Notes: a model not told the origin generated them from the sequence alone. A DNA stretch of 64,000 nt from Escherichia coli (GCF_003334815.1 NZ_QOWO01000013.1), one strand, 5' to 3'; positions 9,613 to 21,920 are shown, counted from the stretch's first letter. A program made the numbers and translations.

Positions 9613-10932
9613 ATGTTGCCGTTTCTGAAAGCGCCTGCCGATGCGCCATTAATGACTGATAAATATGAAATTGATGCCCGCTATCGCTACTGGCGTCGGC
9701 ATATTCTGCTGACCATCTGGCTGGGTTACGCGCTGTTTTACTTCACGCGGAAAAGTTTTAACGCCGCCGTACCAGAAATCCTTGCTAACGGCGTGCTCAG
9801 CCGTAGCGATATCGGCCTGTTAGCGACCCTGTTTTACATTACCTATGGCGTGTCGAAGTTTGTCTCCGGCATTGTCAGCGATCGCTCAAATGCCCGTTAT
9901 TTTATGGGGATAGGGCTTATCGCCACGGGCATTATCAACATTCTGTTTGGCTTCTCGACGTCGCTATGGGCGTTTGCCGTGCTCTGGGTGCTGAACGCCT
10001 TTTTCCAGGGCTGGGGTTCACCGGTGTGTGCGCGTCTGTTAACGGCCTGGTATTCACGTACCGAGCGCGGCGGTTGGTGGGCATTATGGAACACGGCGCA
10101 TAACGTCGGCGGCGCACTCATTCCCATTGTGATGGCAGCGGCTGCGCTGCATTACGGCTGGCGTGCCGGGATGATGATTGCTGGTTGTATGGCGATAGTC
10201 GTGGGGATTTTTCTCTGCTGGCGGCTACGCGATCGCCCGCAGGCGTTAGGTTTACCGGCGGTCGGTGAATGGCGACACGACGCGCTGGAAATTGCTCAAC
10301 AACAAGAAGGGGCAGGGTTGACGCGTAAAGAGATCCTCACCAAATATGTGTTGCTGAATCCGTATATCTGGCTGCTTTCGTTTTGCTATGTGCTGGTCTA
10401 TGTGGTCCGGGCGGCGATCAACGACTGGGGCAATTTGTATATGTCCGAGACACTGGGCGTCGATCTGGTCACGGCGAATACGGCAGTGACGATGTTTGAA
10501 CTGGGCGGATTTATCGGTGCGCTGGTAGCCGGTTGGGGCTCGGACAAATTGTTTAACGGCAACCGAGGGCCGATGAATTTGATTTTCGCCGCCGGAATTT
10601 TGCTTTCAGTCGGCTCCCTGTGGCTGATGCCATTTGCCAGCTACGTGATGCAGGCAACCTGCTTCTTCACCATTGGTTTTTTTGTCTTTGGCCCACAGAT
10701 GTTAATCGGTATGGCGGCGGCAGAGTGTTCCCACAAAGAGGCGGCAGGGGCGGCGACGGGGTTTGTCGGCTTGTTTGCTTATCTGGGGGCGTCGCTTGCT
10801 GGTTGGCCGCTGGCGAAAGTACTCGATACCTGGCACTGGAGCGGATTTTTTGTGGTTATCTCTATCGCCGCCGGGATTTCCGCACTGCTGTTACTGCCCT
10901 TTTTGAACGCCCAGACACCGCGCGAAGCGTGA
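9613..10932 (+). CDS. uhpC: Glucose-6-phosphate sensor / MFS protein UhpC
   Basis: 439 aa from the ATG at 9613; the ORF track's 9607 start is a TTG two codons upstream. Confidence 0.9.
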   Translation: MLPFLKAPADAPLMTDKYEIDARYRYWRRHILLTIWLGYALFYFTRKSFNAAVPEILANGVLSRSDIGLLATLFYITYGVSKFVSGIVSDRSNARYFMGIGLIATGIINILFGFSTSLWAFAVLWVLNAFFQGWGSPVCARLLTAWYSRTERGGWWALWNTAHNVGGALIPIVMAAAALHYGWRAGMMIAGCMAIVVGIFLCWRLRDRPQALGLPAVGEWRHDALEIAQQQEGAGLTRKEILTKYVLLNPYIWLLSFCYVLVYVVRAAINDWGNLYMSETLGVDLVTANTAVTMFELGGFIGALVAGWGSDKLFNGNRGPMNLIFAAGILLSVGSLWLMPFASYVMQATCFFTIGFFVFGPQMLIGMAAAECSHKEAAGAATGFVGLFAYLGASLAGWPLAKVLDTWHWSGFFVVISIAAGISALLLLPFLNAQTPREA

Positions 10933-10987
10933 TGCATCTCACCTTTTCACTTCATATCCGGCAAAACTAAGAAATTTTCCAGGTTTT

Positions 10988-11008
10988 GCCTGGACGCTAT
11001 CTCAGGCC
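10988..11008. promoter_or_regulatory. Candidate UhpA-binding inverted repeat in the uhpT promoter
   Basis: gcctgg-N9-caggc dyad about 60 nt upstream of the uhpT start; a tacaat -10-like hexamer lies downstream. Confidence 0.4.
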
Positions 11009-11069
11009 TGATTTGCTGCTGATTTTTACAATGCATGCCTCACGCAGGTATTCATTTCAGGAGTAACCC

Positions 11070-12461
11070 ATGCTGGCTTTCTTAAACCAGGTTCGCAAGC
11101 CGACCCTGGACCTTCCGCTCGAAGTGCGGCGCAAAATGTGGTTCAAACCGTTCATGCAATCCTACCTGGTGGTCTTTATCGGCTACCTGACGATGTACCT
11201 GATTCGCAAGAACTTTAACATCGCGCAGAACGATATGATTTCGACCTACGGGTTGAGCATGACGCAGCTGGGGATGATCGGCCTGGGTTTCTCCATCACT
11301 TATGGCGTGGGTAAAACGCTGGTTTCCTACTACGCCGACGGCAAAAACACCAAACAATTCCTGCCGTTCATGCTGATCCTCTCTGCTATTTGTATGCTGG
11401 GCTTCAGTGCCAGTATGGGCAGCGGCTCGGTTAGCCTGTTCCTGATGATTGCCTTCTACGCCTTAAGCGGCTTTTTCCAGAGTACCGGCGGTTCGTGCAG
11501 TTACTCCACCATCACCAAATGGACGCCGCGTCGTAAACGCGGGACATTCCTCGGTTTCTGGAATATTTCTCACAACCTTGGCGGTGCAGGCGCAGCAGGT
11601 GTGGCGCTGTTCGGGGCAAATTACCTGTTCGATGGCCATGTCATCGGCATGTTTATCTTCCCGTCGATTATCGCGCTGATTGTCGGTTTTATCGGCCTGC
11701 GTTACGGCAGCGACTCCCCGGAATCTTATGGCCTCGGCAAAGCTGAAGAACTGTTCGGCGAGGAGATCAGCGAAGAGGACAAAGAGACAGAATCTACCGA
11801 TATGACCAAGTGGCAGATCTTTGTTGAGTATGTGCTGAAAAACAAAGTGATCTGGCTGCTGTGCTTCGCCAACATTTTCCTCTATGTGGTACGTATTGGT
11901 ATCGACCAGTGGTCAACCGTATACGCGTTCCAGGAACTGAAACTCTCTAAAGCGGTGGCGATTCAGGGCTTTACGCTGTTTGAAGCTGGTGCGCTGGTCG
12001 GTACGCTGCTGTGGGGCTGGCTCTCTGACCTGGCGAACGGTCGCCGTGGCCTGGTGGCCTGCATCGCGCTGGCGCTGATTATCGCCACGCTCGGTGTGTA
12101 TCAACATGCCAGTAACGAATATATCTATCTGGCTTCTCTCTTTGCGTTGGGTTTCCTGGTCTTTGGCCCGCAATTGTTGATTGGTGTGGCTGCTGTTGGC
12201 TTTGTACCTAAAAAAGCGATTGGCGCTGCCGATGGTATTAAAGGCACCTTTGCTTACCTGATTGGTGACAGCTTTGCCAAGTTAGGTCTGGGAATGATTG
12301 CCGATGGGACGCCGGTATTCGGCCTTACCGGCTGGGCAGGCACCTTCGCCGCGCTGGATATCGCCGCGATTGGTTGTATCTGCCTGATGGCGATAGTGGC
12401 GGTAATGGAAGAACGCAAAATCCGCCGCGAGAAAAAAATTCAGCAGTTGACAGTGGCATAA
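11070..12461 (+). CDS. uhpT: Hexose-phosphate:phosphate antiporter UhpT
   Basis: 463 aa MFS organophosphate antiporter. Confidence 0.95.
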
Positions 12462-12479
12462 ACGTAACTGGTGACTTTT

Positions 12480-12505
12480 GCCCGGCATGACGCCGGGCTT
12501 TTTTT
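12480..12505 (+). terminator. uhpT rho-independent terminator
   Basis: gcccggc-atgac-gccgggc followed by 7 T. Confidence 0.7.
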
Positions 12506-12506
12506 A

Positions 12507-14273
12507 TTATTCCGTGACTTCCAGCGTAGTGAAGGCAAACTTCTCGCCATCAAATAGCCCCTGACTGGTTAGTTTTAGCGCGGGGATCACTGGCAGAGAA
12601 AGAAACGCCATCTGAATAAACGGCTCATCGGGTAACGGACCGCATTCACGGGCGGCGGCTTTCAAGGCGTCAATTTGTTCCGCCAGCGACTGCGCCGTGT
12701 CGGTGCTCATCAGCCCGGCAATGGGTAACGGCAGATGACTTTGTACCTGGCCGTTACGTACCACGCACAGCCCGCCGCCATCCTGAATCACCTGATTGAC
12801 CGCCAGCGCCATCTCTTCGGCACTGCGACCGATCACCACAATATTATGGCTGTCATGGCTGACCGTCGCAGCCAGCGCACCTTCATTCAGTCCAAAGCCG
12901 CCAAGCAAACCACAAGCCGGAGCCAGCCGTTGCCCGTAACGCTCAAGTACGGCAATAAAGCTCACATCATCGCGATCAAAACCATTTTCGCTGTAGACGC
13001 TGGAGTGGGAGTGCGTAATCAATTCGTTATGGATGACGTCAATGACCCGATAGCGTTTTCCGGGCGTAAATTGCAGGGCAAAGTCGCTGGCGGAAACTGG
13101 CTGGCGGGCAATGGTGTTGCCATATGGCGGAGCGGATTGTGCCAGTCTCGCCGACTCTTCCGCCTGTAAGGTTTGCGCATCAATCGGCTCGCCTTTCACC
13201 AGTACCTGCTGCACCGTGACCTTACGCGCATCGCTCAACAGGACGATATCGGCCTGCTTGCCGGGTGCCAGTAAGCCGAGGTGATTCAGACCAAAGTGGC
13301 GCGCCGTCGACCAGCTGGCGACGCGATATGCCACATGCAGCGGCACATTGTGTTGTTCGATCAGGCGGCGAATTAAGGCATCGATGTGTCCTTCATGGGC
13401 GATCTCCCACGGGTTACGGTCATCGGTACAGAGCATGCATTGCGGGCTGTTAAATTCGTTGATCAACGGTGCCAGCGCGTTGAGATTGCGGGCAGCGGAC
13501 CCTTCGCGGATCATCAACGACATGCCGAGTTGTAATTTCCGGCGTCCTTCTTCCAGCTGATAACTTTCGTGGCAGTTTTCAATACCCGCAGTAATATAGG
13601 CGTTAAGTTCTTTACCACCCAAACCCGGGCAGTGACCGTCCAGCGTCAGGTGGCGAAATGCATCCAGTTTATCGAGCAGCGCATTCTGCCCGCTAATTAC
13701 GCCAGGGTAGTCCATCATTTCTGCAAGGCCGGTAACCTGCGGATGGTCCCGCCAGGCGAGCATCTGTTCAAGGGTAAAACTGGCACCGTTAACATCGCAG
13801 CCTTCCAGGGCGGGTACGCAAGAGCTGACCTGTAAGTACTGGTTTTGCCTTGCCTGTTCGGCACAGCGGGCAAACCAGGCGAATCCGGCTTCGCCCATCA
13901 CGTTGACGATTTCATGAGGGTCGCAAATAACGGTCGTCAGGCCGCGCGGCAGGGTAGCGGTTTCAAAAGTGACCGGCGTCATCATGCTGGATTCAATATG
14001 CAGGTGAGCATCAATAAACCCTGGCACCGCCGTTGCGCCGCGAGCATCAATCCGCTGCAAAGCCGGAGCATCAGTGTATTCTGCGCCAACACCGGCAATG
14101 TAACGTCCTTTAATCACAATTGGGCCGGAAATTTCTCCGCCATTGATCAGGTCGAGAATAGAGACATTATCAATAATATAATCGGCAACAGCGTCGCCAC
14201 GGGAAACGGCTAACAATTCCTGGTATTCAGCCCGGCTAATGTGATGAAATTTATGGTTAATAGAATTATTCAT
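12507..14273 (-). CDS. ade: Adenine deaminase
   Basis: 588 aa; amidohydrolase-fold metal-binding His motifs. Confidence 0.95.
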
Positions 14274-14447
14274 ATTTTTCTCATTTTGATTTTATCAATT
14301 TGATTATTATTTATCATAAAGAAACGTCGCGAGATTATTAAAGAATATCCATTAATGTGCAATTGAAATGTGATAATTATCACTGAACCGTTGTTGTCAT
14401 TTGTTTTACAAAAGCAAGGGATTAAATCTCCTCCAATGGACAAAAAA

Positions 14448-15782
14448 ATGAATAATGACAATACCGATTACGTGAGTAATGAATCAGGGACGCTTTCGCG
14501 ATTATTTAAACTACCTCAGCATGGGACCACCGTCCGCACAGAATTGATTGCGGGGATGACCACTTTTTTAACCATGGTGTACATCGTTTTTGTGAACCCG
14601 CAAATCCTCGGCGCGGCACAAATGGACCCGAAAGTGGTGTTTGTTACCACCTGTTTGATTGCCGGTATCGGCAGTATTGCGATGGGGATATTTGCTAACT
14701 TACCCGTGGCGCTGGCTCCGGCAATGGGGCTGAACGCCTTCTTTGCCTTCGTGGTCGTGGGGGCGATGGGCATCTCCTGGCAGACCGGGATGGGCGCAAT
14801 ATTCTGGGGCGCAGTTGGACTATTTTTGCTCACGCTGTTTCGTATCCGGTACTGGATGATCTCCAACATTCCCTTAAGTTTACGTATTGGTATCACCAGC
14901 GGAATTGGATTATTTATCGCCTTAATGGGATTAAAAAATACTGGCGTTATTGTCGCCAATAAAGACACGCTGGTGATGATTGGCGATTTAAGTTCTCACG
15001 GCGTGTTGTTAGGTATTTTAGGGTTTTTTATTATAACCGTGTTGTCATCACGTCATTTTCATGCCGCGGTGCTGGTTTCTATTGTGGTGACGTCTTGCTG
15101 TGGATTATTTTTCGGTGATGTTCATTTTAGCGGCGTCTATTCCATTCCGCCTGATATTAGCGGCGTCATTGGTGAAGTAGATTTGAGCGGCGCGTTAACA
15201 CTTGAACTCGCCGGTATCATTTTCTCCTTTATGCTGATCAACCTATTTGATTCATCAGGAACATTAATTGGTGTAACTGATAAAGCGGGCTTAATAGATG
15301 GTAACGGTAAATTCCCCAATATGAATAAGGCGCTGTATGTTGATAGCGTCAGTTCGGTGGCGGGTGCGTTTATCGGCACCTCGTCTGTTACTGCCTATAT
15401 TGAAAGTACTTCTGGTGTGGCAGTCGGTGGCCGCACGGGGCTGACTGCGGTTGTGGTTGGCGTTATGTTCCTGTTGGTTATGTTCTTCTCACCGCTGGTG
15501 GCGATAGTTCCTCCTTACGCAACCGCCGGAGCGTTAATCTTTGTTGGCGTGCTGATGACTTCGAGCCTGGCGCGCGTTAACTGGGATGATTTTACCGAAT
15601 CGGTGCCTGCGTTTATTACCACGGTGATGATGCCCTTTACTTTCTCGATCACCGAAGGGATTGCACTCGGCTTTATGTCGTACTGCATCATGAAAGTATG
15701 CACCGGGCGCTGGCGCGATCTGAACCTGTGTGTGGTGGTGGTCGCAGCTCTGTTTGCACTGAAGATTATTCTGGTGGATTAG
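14448..15782 (+). CDS. adeQ: Adenine permease (NCS2/AzgA family)
   Basis: 444 aa from MNNDNTDY...; alternative in-frame starts at 14436 and 14370. Confidence 0.85.
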   Translation: MNNDNTDYVSNESGTLSRLFKLPQHGTTVRTELIAGMTTFLTMVYIVFVNPQILGAAQMDPKVVFVTTCLIAGIGSIAMGIFANLPVALAPAMGLNAFFAFVVVGAMGISWQTGMGAIFWGAVGLFLLTLFRIRYWMISNIPLSLRIGITSGIGLFIALMGLKNTGVIVANKDTLVMIGDLSSHGVLLGILGFFIITVLSSRHFHAAVLVSIVVTSCCGLFFGDVHFSGVYSIPPDISGVIGEVDLSGALTLELAGIIFSFMLINLFDSSGTLIGVTDKAGLIDGNGKFPNMNKALYVDSVSSVAGAFIGTSSVTAYIESTSGVAVGGRTGLTAVVVGVMFLLVMFFSPLVAIVPPYATAGALIFVGVLMTSSLARVNWDDFTESVPAFITTVMMPFTFSITEGIALGFMSYCIMKVCTGRWRDLNLCVVVVAALFALKIILVD

Positions 15783-15834
15783 TAACTGGCGAGGGTTTCC
15801 AGATATCATGAGTTCTGATTACGCAGGAGAACTC

Positions 15835-16287
15835 ATGATCTGGATAATGCTCGCCACGCTGGCGGTAGTGTTTGTGGTTGGTTTTCGGGTGCTGACATCC
15901 GGGGCCAGAAAAGCGATTCGCCGTCTCAGCGATCGGCTGAACATCGATGTCGTACCCGTGGAGTCGATGGTCGATCAAATGGGAAAGTCAGCTGGTGACG
16001 AATTTTTACGTTATTTGCATCGTCCGGATGAGTCGCACCTGCAAAACGCCGCGCAGGTGTTGCTCATCTGGCAAATTGTCATTGTCGATGGTAGCGAACA
16101 GAACCTGCTGCAATGGCATCGGATTTTACAAAAAGCTCGCCTCGCCGCGCCGATTACCGACGCTCAGGTCAGGCTGGCGCTAGGTTTTCTGCGCGAAACC
16201 GAACCTGAAATGCAGGATATTAATGCTTTTCAGATGCGCTATAACGCGTTCTTTCAGCCTGCCGAGGGCGTTCACTGGTTGCATTGA
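15835..16287 (+). CDS. yicN: DUF1198 small membrane protein, 150 aa
   Basis: AGGAGA Shine-Dalgarno 5 nt upstream of the ATG at 15835. Confidence 0.8.
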   Translation: MIWIMLATLAVVFVVGFRVLTSGARKAIRRLSDRLNIDVVPVESMVDQMGKSAGDEFLRYLHRPDESHLQNAAQVLLIWQIVIVDGSEQNLLQWHRILQKARLAAPITDAQVRLALGFLRETEPEMQDINAFQMRYNAFFQPAEGVHWLH

Positions 16288-16294
16288 AACCGTT

Positions 16295-16365
16295 TCGTCT
16301 TATCAGCCTACAGACCGCGCCTGACCTGTCGGGTGGATAAGACGTTCACGCCGCATCCGGTAATC
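16295..16365. repeat. REP/BIME element
   Basis: Paired palindromic units (tcttatcagcctac ... ggataagacgttcacgccgcatccgg). Confidence 0.5.
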
Positions 16366-16497
16366 TTTGCCCTGTTCCGTTTCGATCTTAACTCCAGCTC
16401 AAGCAACACCGTAAAAGTTGCAAAAACGTTAAATGCGTCACACATTTCAATGTTAAAGTGGTCGGCTTTTCCCCTGAAACATGCCACGGGTAACACC

Positions 16498-17688
16498 ATG
16501 AGTGAATTTATTGCCGAAAACCGCGGCGCGGATGCCATCACCCGACCGAACTGGTCAGCCGTTTTCTCGGTGGCGTTTTGTGTCGCCTGTCTGATTATCG
16601 TTGAGTTTTTGCCCGTCAGTTTGTTGACGCCAATGGCCCAGGATTTAGGCATTTCGGAAGGGGTTGCCGGGCAATCGGTGACCGTGACCGCCTTTGTGGC
16701 AATGTTTGCCAGTTTGTTTATTACCCAGACAATTCAGGCTACTGACCGCCGCTACGTTGTTATTTTGTTTGCCGTTTTGCTGACGCTCTCCTGCTTGCTG
16801 GTTTCCTTTGCTAACTCATTCAGTTTGCTTTTAATCGGTCGTGCCTGTCTGGGGCTGGCGCTGGGCGGGTTCTGGGCGATGTCGGCGTCGCTGACCATGC
16901 GTCTGGTGCCGCCGCGTACGGTGCCGAAGGCGCTGTCGGTGATCTTCGGCGCGGTTTCTATTGCGCTGGTGATTGCCGCGCCGTTGGGCAGTTTTTTAGG
17001 CGAGCTTATCGGTTGGCGCAATGTCTTTAATGCGGCGGCGGTGATGGGCGTGCTGTGTATTTTCTGGATTATCAAATCATTGCCTTCACTGCCAGGCGAA
17101 CCCTCGCATCAGAAACAAAATACTTTCCGCTTATTACAACGTCCGGGTGTGATGGCAGGGATGATCGCCATCTTCATGTCTTTCGCCGGGCAGTTTGCTT
17201 TCTTCACGTATATTCGCCCGGTGTATATGAACCTGGCGGGATTCGGCGTGGATGGCTTAACGCTGGTGCTGTTGAGTTTTGGTATCGCCAGCTTTATTGG
17301 TACGTCGCTTTCGTCGTTCATTCTTAAACGTTCGGTAAAACTGGCCTTAGCAGGCGCGCCGTTAATACTGGCTGTGAGTGCGTTGGTACTGACGTTGTGG
17401 GGAAGCGATAAAATCGTTGCTACCGGCGTGGCGATTATCTGGGGGCTAACTTTTGCATTGGTTCCCGTCGGCTGGTCAACGTGGATCACCCGCTCGCTGG
17501 CCGATCAGGCAGAAAAAGCCGGGTCTATTCAGGTGGCGGTTATTCAGCTTGCTAATACCTGTGGCGCGGCAATCGGCGGTTATGCGCTGGATAATATTGG
17601 TCTGACTTCGCCGTTGATGTTGTCCGGCACATTGATGTTGCTGACTGCATTGTTGGTTACTGCAAAGGTGAAAATGAAGAAATCCTGA
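16498..17688 (+). CDS. nepI: Purine ribonucleoside efflux pump NepI (MFS)
   Basis: 396 aa from [10 protein letters not shown]... Confidence 0.85.
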   Translation: MSEFIAENRGADAITRPNWSAVFSVAFCVACLIIVEFLPVSLLTPMAQDLGISEGVAGQSVTVTAFVAMFASLFITQTIQATDRRYVVILFAVLLTLSCLLVSFANSFSLLLIGRACLGLALGGFWAMSASLTMRLVPPRTVPKALSVIFGAVSIALVIAAPLGSFLGELIGWRNVFNAAAVMGVLCIFWIIKSLPSLPGEPSHQKQNTFRLLQRPGVMAGMIAIFMSFAGQFAFFTYIRPVYMNLAGFGVDGLTLVLLSFGIASFIGTSLSSFILKRSVKLALAGAPLILAVSALVLTLWGSDKIVATGVAIIWGLTFALVPVGWSTWITRSLADQAEKAGSIQVAVIQLANTCGAAIGGYALDNIGLTSPLMLSGTLMLLTALLVTAKVKMKKS

Positions 17689-17728
17689 TATCAGGTAAAG
17701 AAGCGTTGGTCAGTAGTTGTTGCTGTTC

Positions 17729-18022
17729 TTACATATCCGGGCATTCTACCTTACCCAACGCTTCCCAATAATTGCTCTGATTATTACGTTCCATCGCCAC
17801 GATGGCCTCGCGTATATGTTGTTTATTGTTTTCATCTGACAACATTAACTTTTCCCACGCTTCATCTGATAATGACGCCTGTGGCGTGCAAATTTTACGT
17901 AAATCTTGTAATACCGTGGTTTTCTCTTTTGCGGACTGCAGTGAGCTAAAAGGCGACTCGGCGTATACGATGCCTGGCATAGCGAAAAAAGTGAAAATAA
18001 GCAGTAGTGTCGTTGGTTTCAT
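17729..18022 (-). CDS. yicS: Secreted protein of unknown function, 97 aa
   Basis: N-terminal signal peptide MKPTTLLLIFTFFAMPGIVYA. Confidence 0.75.
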   Translation of the reverse strand: MKPTTLLLIFTFFAMPGIVYAESPFSSLQSAKEKTTVLQDLRKICTPQASLSDEAWEKLMLSDENNKQHIREAIVAMERNNQSNYWEALGKVECPDM

Positions 18023-18243
18023 GGATTCAACCTTTTACAAATGTGTATCGAATGAAGCATAAGTGTAGTTTGCTTTCATCGCTCTCATCATGCTGTACGA
18101 AACGCGCTTGCGTGGTCAGTAAGAAGTGCCAGACTTTATATTCCACTTTTATTCCTTTTTATTCTTATCGATAGCGTTTCGTTTTTTAAACCGCAGCGAC
18201 CTTACCGCTATAGTCAGGTAATCATTAATAAAAGGATAAAAAA

Positions 18244-19062
18244 ATGAAACTGACAACACATCATCTACGGACAGGGGCCGCATTATTGCTGGCCGGAATT
18301 CTGCTGGCAGGTTGCGACCAGAGTAGCAGCGATGCAAAACACATTAAAGTTGGCGTTATAAATGGCGCAGAACAAGATGTCGCGGAAGTCGCTAAAAAGG
18401 TGGCAAAAGAGAAATATGGCCTCGATGTTGAACTGGTAGGATTTAGCGGTTCGTTGCTACCGAACGATGCGACAAATCATGGCGAACTTGATGCGAATGT
18501 CTTCCAGCATCGACCCTTTCTTGAACAAGATAATCAGGCGCATGGTTATAAACTGGTAGCGGTGGGAAATACGTTTGTCTTCCCTATGGCGGGTTATTCC
18601 AAAAAAATCAAAACCGTGGCGCAAATAAAAGAAGGCGCGACAGTGGCGATCCCCAACGACCCGACCAACCTTGGTCGCGCACTTTTACTGTTGCAAAAAG
18701 AGAAGCTAATTACTCTGAAAGAGGGAAAAGGGTTATTACCTACCGCGCTGGATATAACCGATAATCCTCGTCATTTGCAGATTATGGAACTCGAGGGGGC
18801 GCAGCTCCCGCGCGTACTGGATGATCCCAAAGTTGATGTAGCGATTATCAGCACCACTTACATTCAGCAGACCGGGCTTTCTCCGGTGCACGACAGCGTA
18901 TTTATTGAAGATAAGAATTCGCCGTATGTGAATATTTTGGTGGCACGGGAAGATAATAAGAATGCAGAAAACGTGAAGGAATTTCTGCAATCTTATCAAT
19001 CACCCGAAGTCGCTAAAGCGGCAGAAACCATTTTTAACGGTGGCGCGGTGCCTGGCTGGTAA
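18244..19062 (+). CDS. nlpA: Lipoprotein 28 (MetQ/NlpA family)
   Basis: 272 aa; lipobox LLAGC. Confidence 0.9.
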   Translation: MKLTTHHLRTGAALLLAGILLAGCDQSSSDAKHIKVGVINGAEQDVAEVAKKVAKEKYGLDVELVGFSGSLLPNDATNHGELDANVFQHRPFLEQDNQAHGYKLVAVGNTFVFPMAGYSKKIKTVAQIKEGATVAIPNDPTNLGRALLLLQKEKLITLKEGKGLLPTALDITDNPRHLQIMELEGAQLPRVLDDPKVDVAIISTTYIQQTGLSPVHDSVFIEDKNSPYVNILVAREDNKNAENVKEFLQSYQSPEVAKAAETIFNGGAVPGW

Positions 19063-19065
19063 TTC

Positions 19066-19989
19066 TCACTTATGCCGCGCCGGACGATTTATTTTTCTGG
19101 CGCGGCGACGGGAATCCATTGAAATCAAAATCACCGATGACAGAATCAGCAGCGTTCCCAGCCAGTCCGGTAATGTGAACGTGATCCCCAGCAACAGCAA
19201 AGAGAGTAGCGCGCTACTTAATGGTTCTGCACAGCTCAAAATGCTGGCTTTTGGACCGCCAATTAATTGTGCTCCTTTCAGGTACAGACTAAATGTCAGG
19301 GACGTACCAATGACCACCAAATAAAAAAACGCCAGAATCAAACTGCCGTTAACGACAAAGTTTGTTCCTTGTCTGGCATAAAAAGGCAACAGAATCAGAC
19401 CGCCAATCAGCATACTCCAGCCGACGACTGGTAACGTGCCATAGCGGGCAATTAGCGTTGAGGGATAGGTGGTATAGAATGCAGCAGCAAATGCCGAGGC
19501 AATGCCCCAGAACAACGCGGCAGGAGAGATCGATAATGACGTCGGATTACCGTGTGTCACCAATAAAAAAGTCCCGACCAGCGATGTCAAAATAGCGCAG
19601 AAAACCAGAATGCCCGGGCGCGATTTACGCACCAGTGAGAACCAGGCGACGATAATCGTCGGTGAGAGGAATTGCAGCACCGTTGCCGTGGCTGCGTTCG
19701 ATTTTTCGATGGTTAGCAAAAAAGTGAGCTGTACAGTTAGCGCGCCAACCACGGAAAAAATCAGCAGGCTAATGGCATCTTTATGATTGTTAATAATAGA
19801 AAAGATTTTATCGCCATGAACAAATGACAGCGTCAGTAGAATCAAACCGGCGAATATCAAACGCGTCATAGTCAAAAACTGCGACGACATCTGGCTTTGC
19901 TCCATGATGTATTGCGCGCAGACCCCTGAACTTCCCCACAACACGGCGGCAATCAGAACGTTCAGCATCCCCTTTCTGGTGGAACCCAT
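19066..19989 (-). CDS. yicL: EamA/DMT-family transporter
   Basis: 307 aa, about 10 TM segments; its stop lies 3 nt from the nlpA stop. Confidence 0.85.
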
Positions 19990-20099
19990 TTTTCCCTCTG
20001 CATACTGTTTTGTCGTTTATGTATGCAGGCATGATAGCAAAAATGGCGAGGATGGCTCTGTTTGCGCCACGCCGATTTTTCTTAGCCCAGACTGGTGAG

Positions 20100-21284
20100 C
20101 TAAATATCTTTAATAAACAGCAGGCAAATCATCGCAATACCCAACATCCCTATCGCCAGCCAGAACAACGCATGGTAGCTCCAGATTTCAACCATAATTC
20201 CGTCAACAGAGCCGGCGATAATCCAGCCGACGCGTGAAGTATTTGCATATAACGTTGTCGCAGAGCCTATTTTTTCAGGCATCAAGTCCTGAAAATAAAG
20301 CATGCCGATACCACAGAGAATACCAAGGAAGATGGCATTAAGAATTTGCAATTCCAGCTCAACCGCCGGAGTCGTCGCCATGAGTACGCTGGCGTAAAAA
20401 CACATTCCACTCACGATAGCAATGAGCATTAATAGTCGCTTGCCAATACGTTTCATGTAATAGCCTGCGATTAACATCATCGGAATTTCCAGACCGGCAG
20501 CGATACCAATCATTTCTCCAGCCAGTTTATCGGTTAGATGCAGTTCATCAATAATAAATAGCGGCATATTTATCATGTAGAGATTATTCGCCGCCCACAT
20601 CATTGAACAGACCACAAAAAGTAGCCGCGTATCCCGCTTCCTGTGGGTGGAGGGTAAAATTTCTACGGGTTGGGTAACGACAGGAATATTTCTTTGTATT
20701 GATGGCAAAAACAACCAGACTATCAGTCCGCAAACAACAAATGCGATGGCAGCGGTGAGATACATCACTTTAAAACTAAATCCCATTGCCAGTTCATAAG
20801 CGAGCGGTGGCCCGATAACCCAGGCAAGCGAGATCTGAGCACGTAAAAATGTACTGAACATGACCGTCTCACGGCCTGTTCTGTCGGCGTGTTCACGGGC
20901 GAGGGCGAACATTTGCGGGTTTGCGGTGGAAGCAAAACTACTCAGAAGTACGCCCGTTGAGAGGAGAATGAAGTAGTTGCGATTCCACGCAAAAAGCGTG
21001 CAGGCCAGCACTCCAAATAAGCAACATAGCAGAATCAGTAATTTACGGTCGCCTTGTTTATCGGAGTGCCTTGCCAGAAATTGACTGACCAGAATTCCCA
21101 TAATAGCGCTACCGGTGAAGAAAAAACCTACCATTATAGGACGGGCTTTCAGTTCATCTGCGAGGAATATACTTAGGGTAGGAGTCTGAAGAGCGCCCGC
21201 AATACCCGTCAGAAAGGCGACAAGTAAAAATGCCGCGGCAGTGAGATCAAGTATTTTTGATGGAGTGGTAGCCGTTTTTTGCAT
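20100..21284 (-). CDS. setC: Sugar efflux transporter C (MFS, SET family)
   Basis: 394 aa. Confidence 0.85.
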   Translation of the reverse strand: MQKTATTPSKILDLTAAAFLLVAFLTGIAGALQTPTLSIFLADELKARPIMVGFFFTGSAIMGILVSQFLARHSDKQGDRKLLILLCCLFGVLACTLFAWNRNYFILLSTGVLLSSFASTANPQMFALAREHADRTGRETVMFSTFLRAQISLAWVIGPPLAYELAMGFSFKVMYLTAAIAFVVCGLIVWLFLPSIQRNIPVVTQPVEILPSTHRKRDTRLLFVVCSMMWAANNLYMINMPLFIIDELHLTDKLAGEMIGIAAGLEIPMMLIAGYYMKRIGKRLLMLIAIVSGMCFYASVLMATTPAVELELQILNAIFLGILCGIGMLYFQDLMPEKIGSATTLYANTSRVGWIIAGSVDGIMVEIWSYHALFWLAIGMLGIAMICLLFIKDI

Positions 21285-21920
21285 TCTTCTGAATCACCGG
21301 GCGAAAAAATATAACTGAGTTACAAATAAGTACCAGTCGAATGAGTATTGTATTAAGAATTTTTGAGTATCGCTGATACAACCAGAAAGCAATGCTAGCG
21401 CAATATTATAGGGCCAGCAATTGAGATTATTAGTAAAAGCATGTTAAGAATTAATTACCGAATTTATATATTAATTATAGTAAGGCAATGAGCTATTTTT
21501 GATAGTAAAAATAAAACAAGTTGATTTGATATATTAAATGAACAAATTAATCTTGATGGCAGTCTGATTATTGGTGAAGTTTATAGTCAGTTTTTTTCGC
21601 CAGCGGTTAAAGAAATAGAATAGTCGTATAAAAAAGGGTGTTCTGGGGCGAGTAAAACAACATCTTCACCTTAATGGCGATACAGTTGGCTGAGAGTCAG
21701 CAGGGGGGCAAATCACCTGCAAATAAACACGGCGCATACTGGCGTGAATATCGCGGATGCGTTCGAGGACAGAAGAACCGACAGGCGGATTCTTCAGCCG
21801 CTCATCGTCCATCACAAAACCTTAGACCAGGTATTCCTGAAGCCGATTGAATATTGAGCAGTAGAAAATATCTGGATTGACAGTATTACAAGGGGTTGGA
21901 GAACGTCAGGAGAGGCATTT

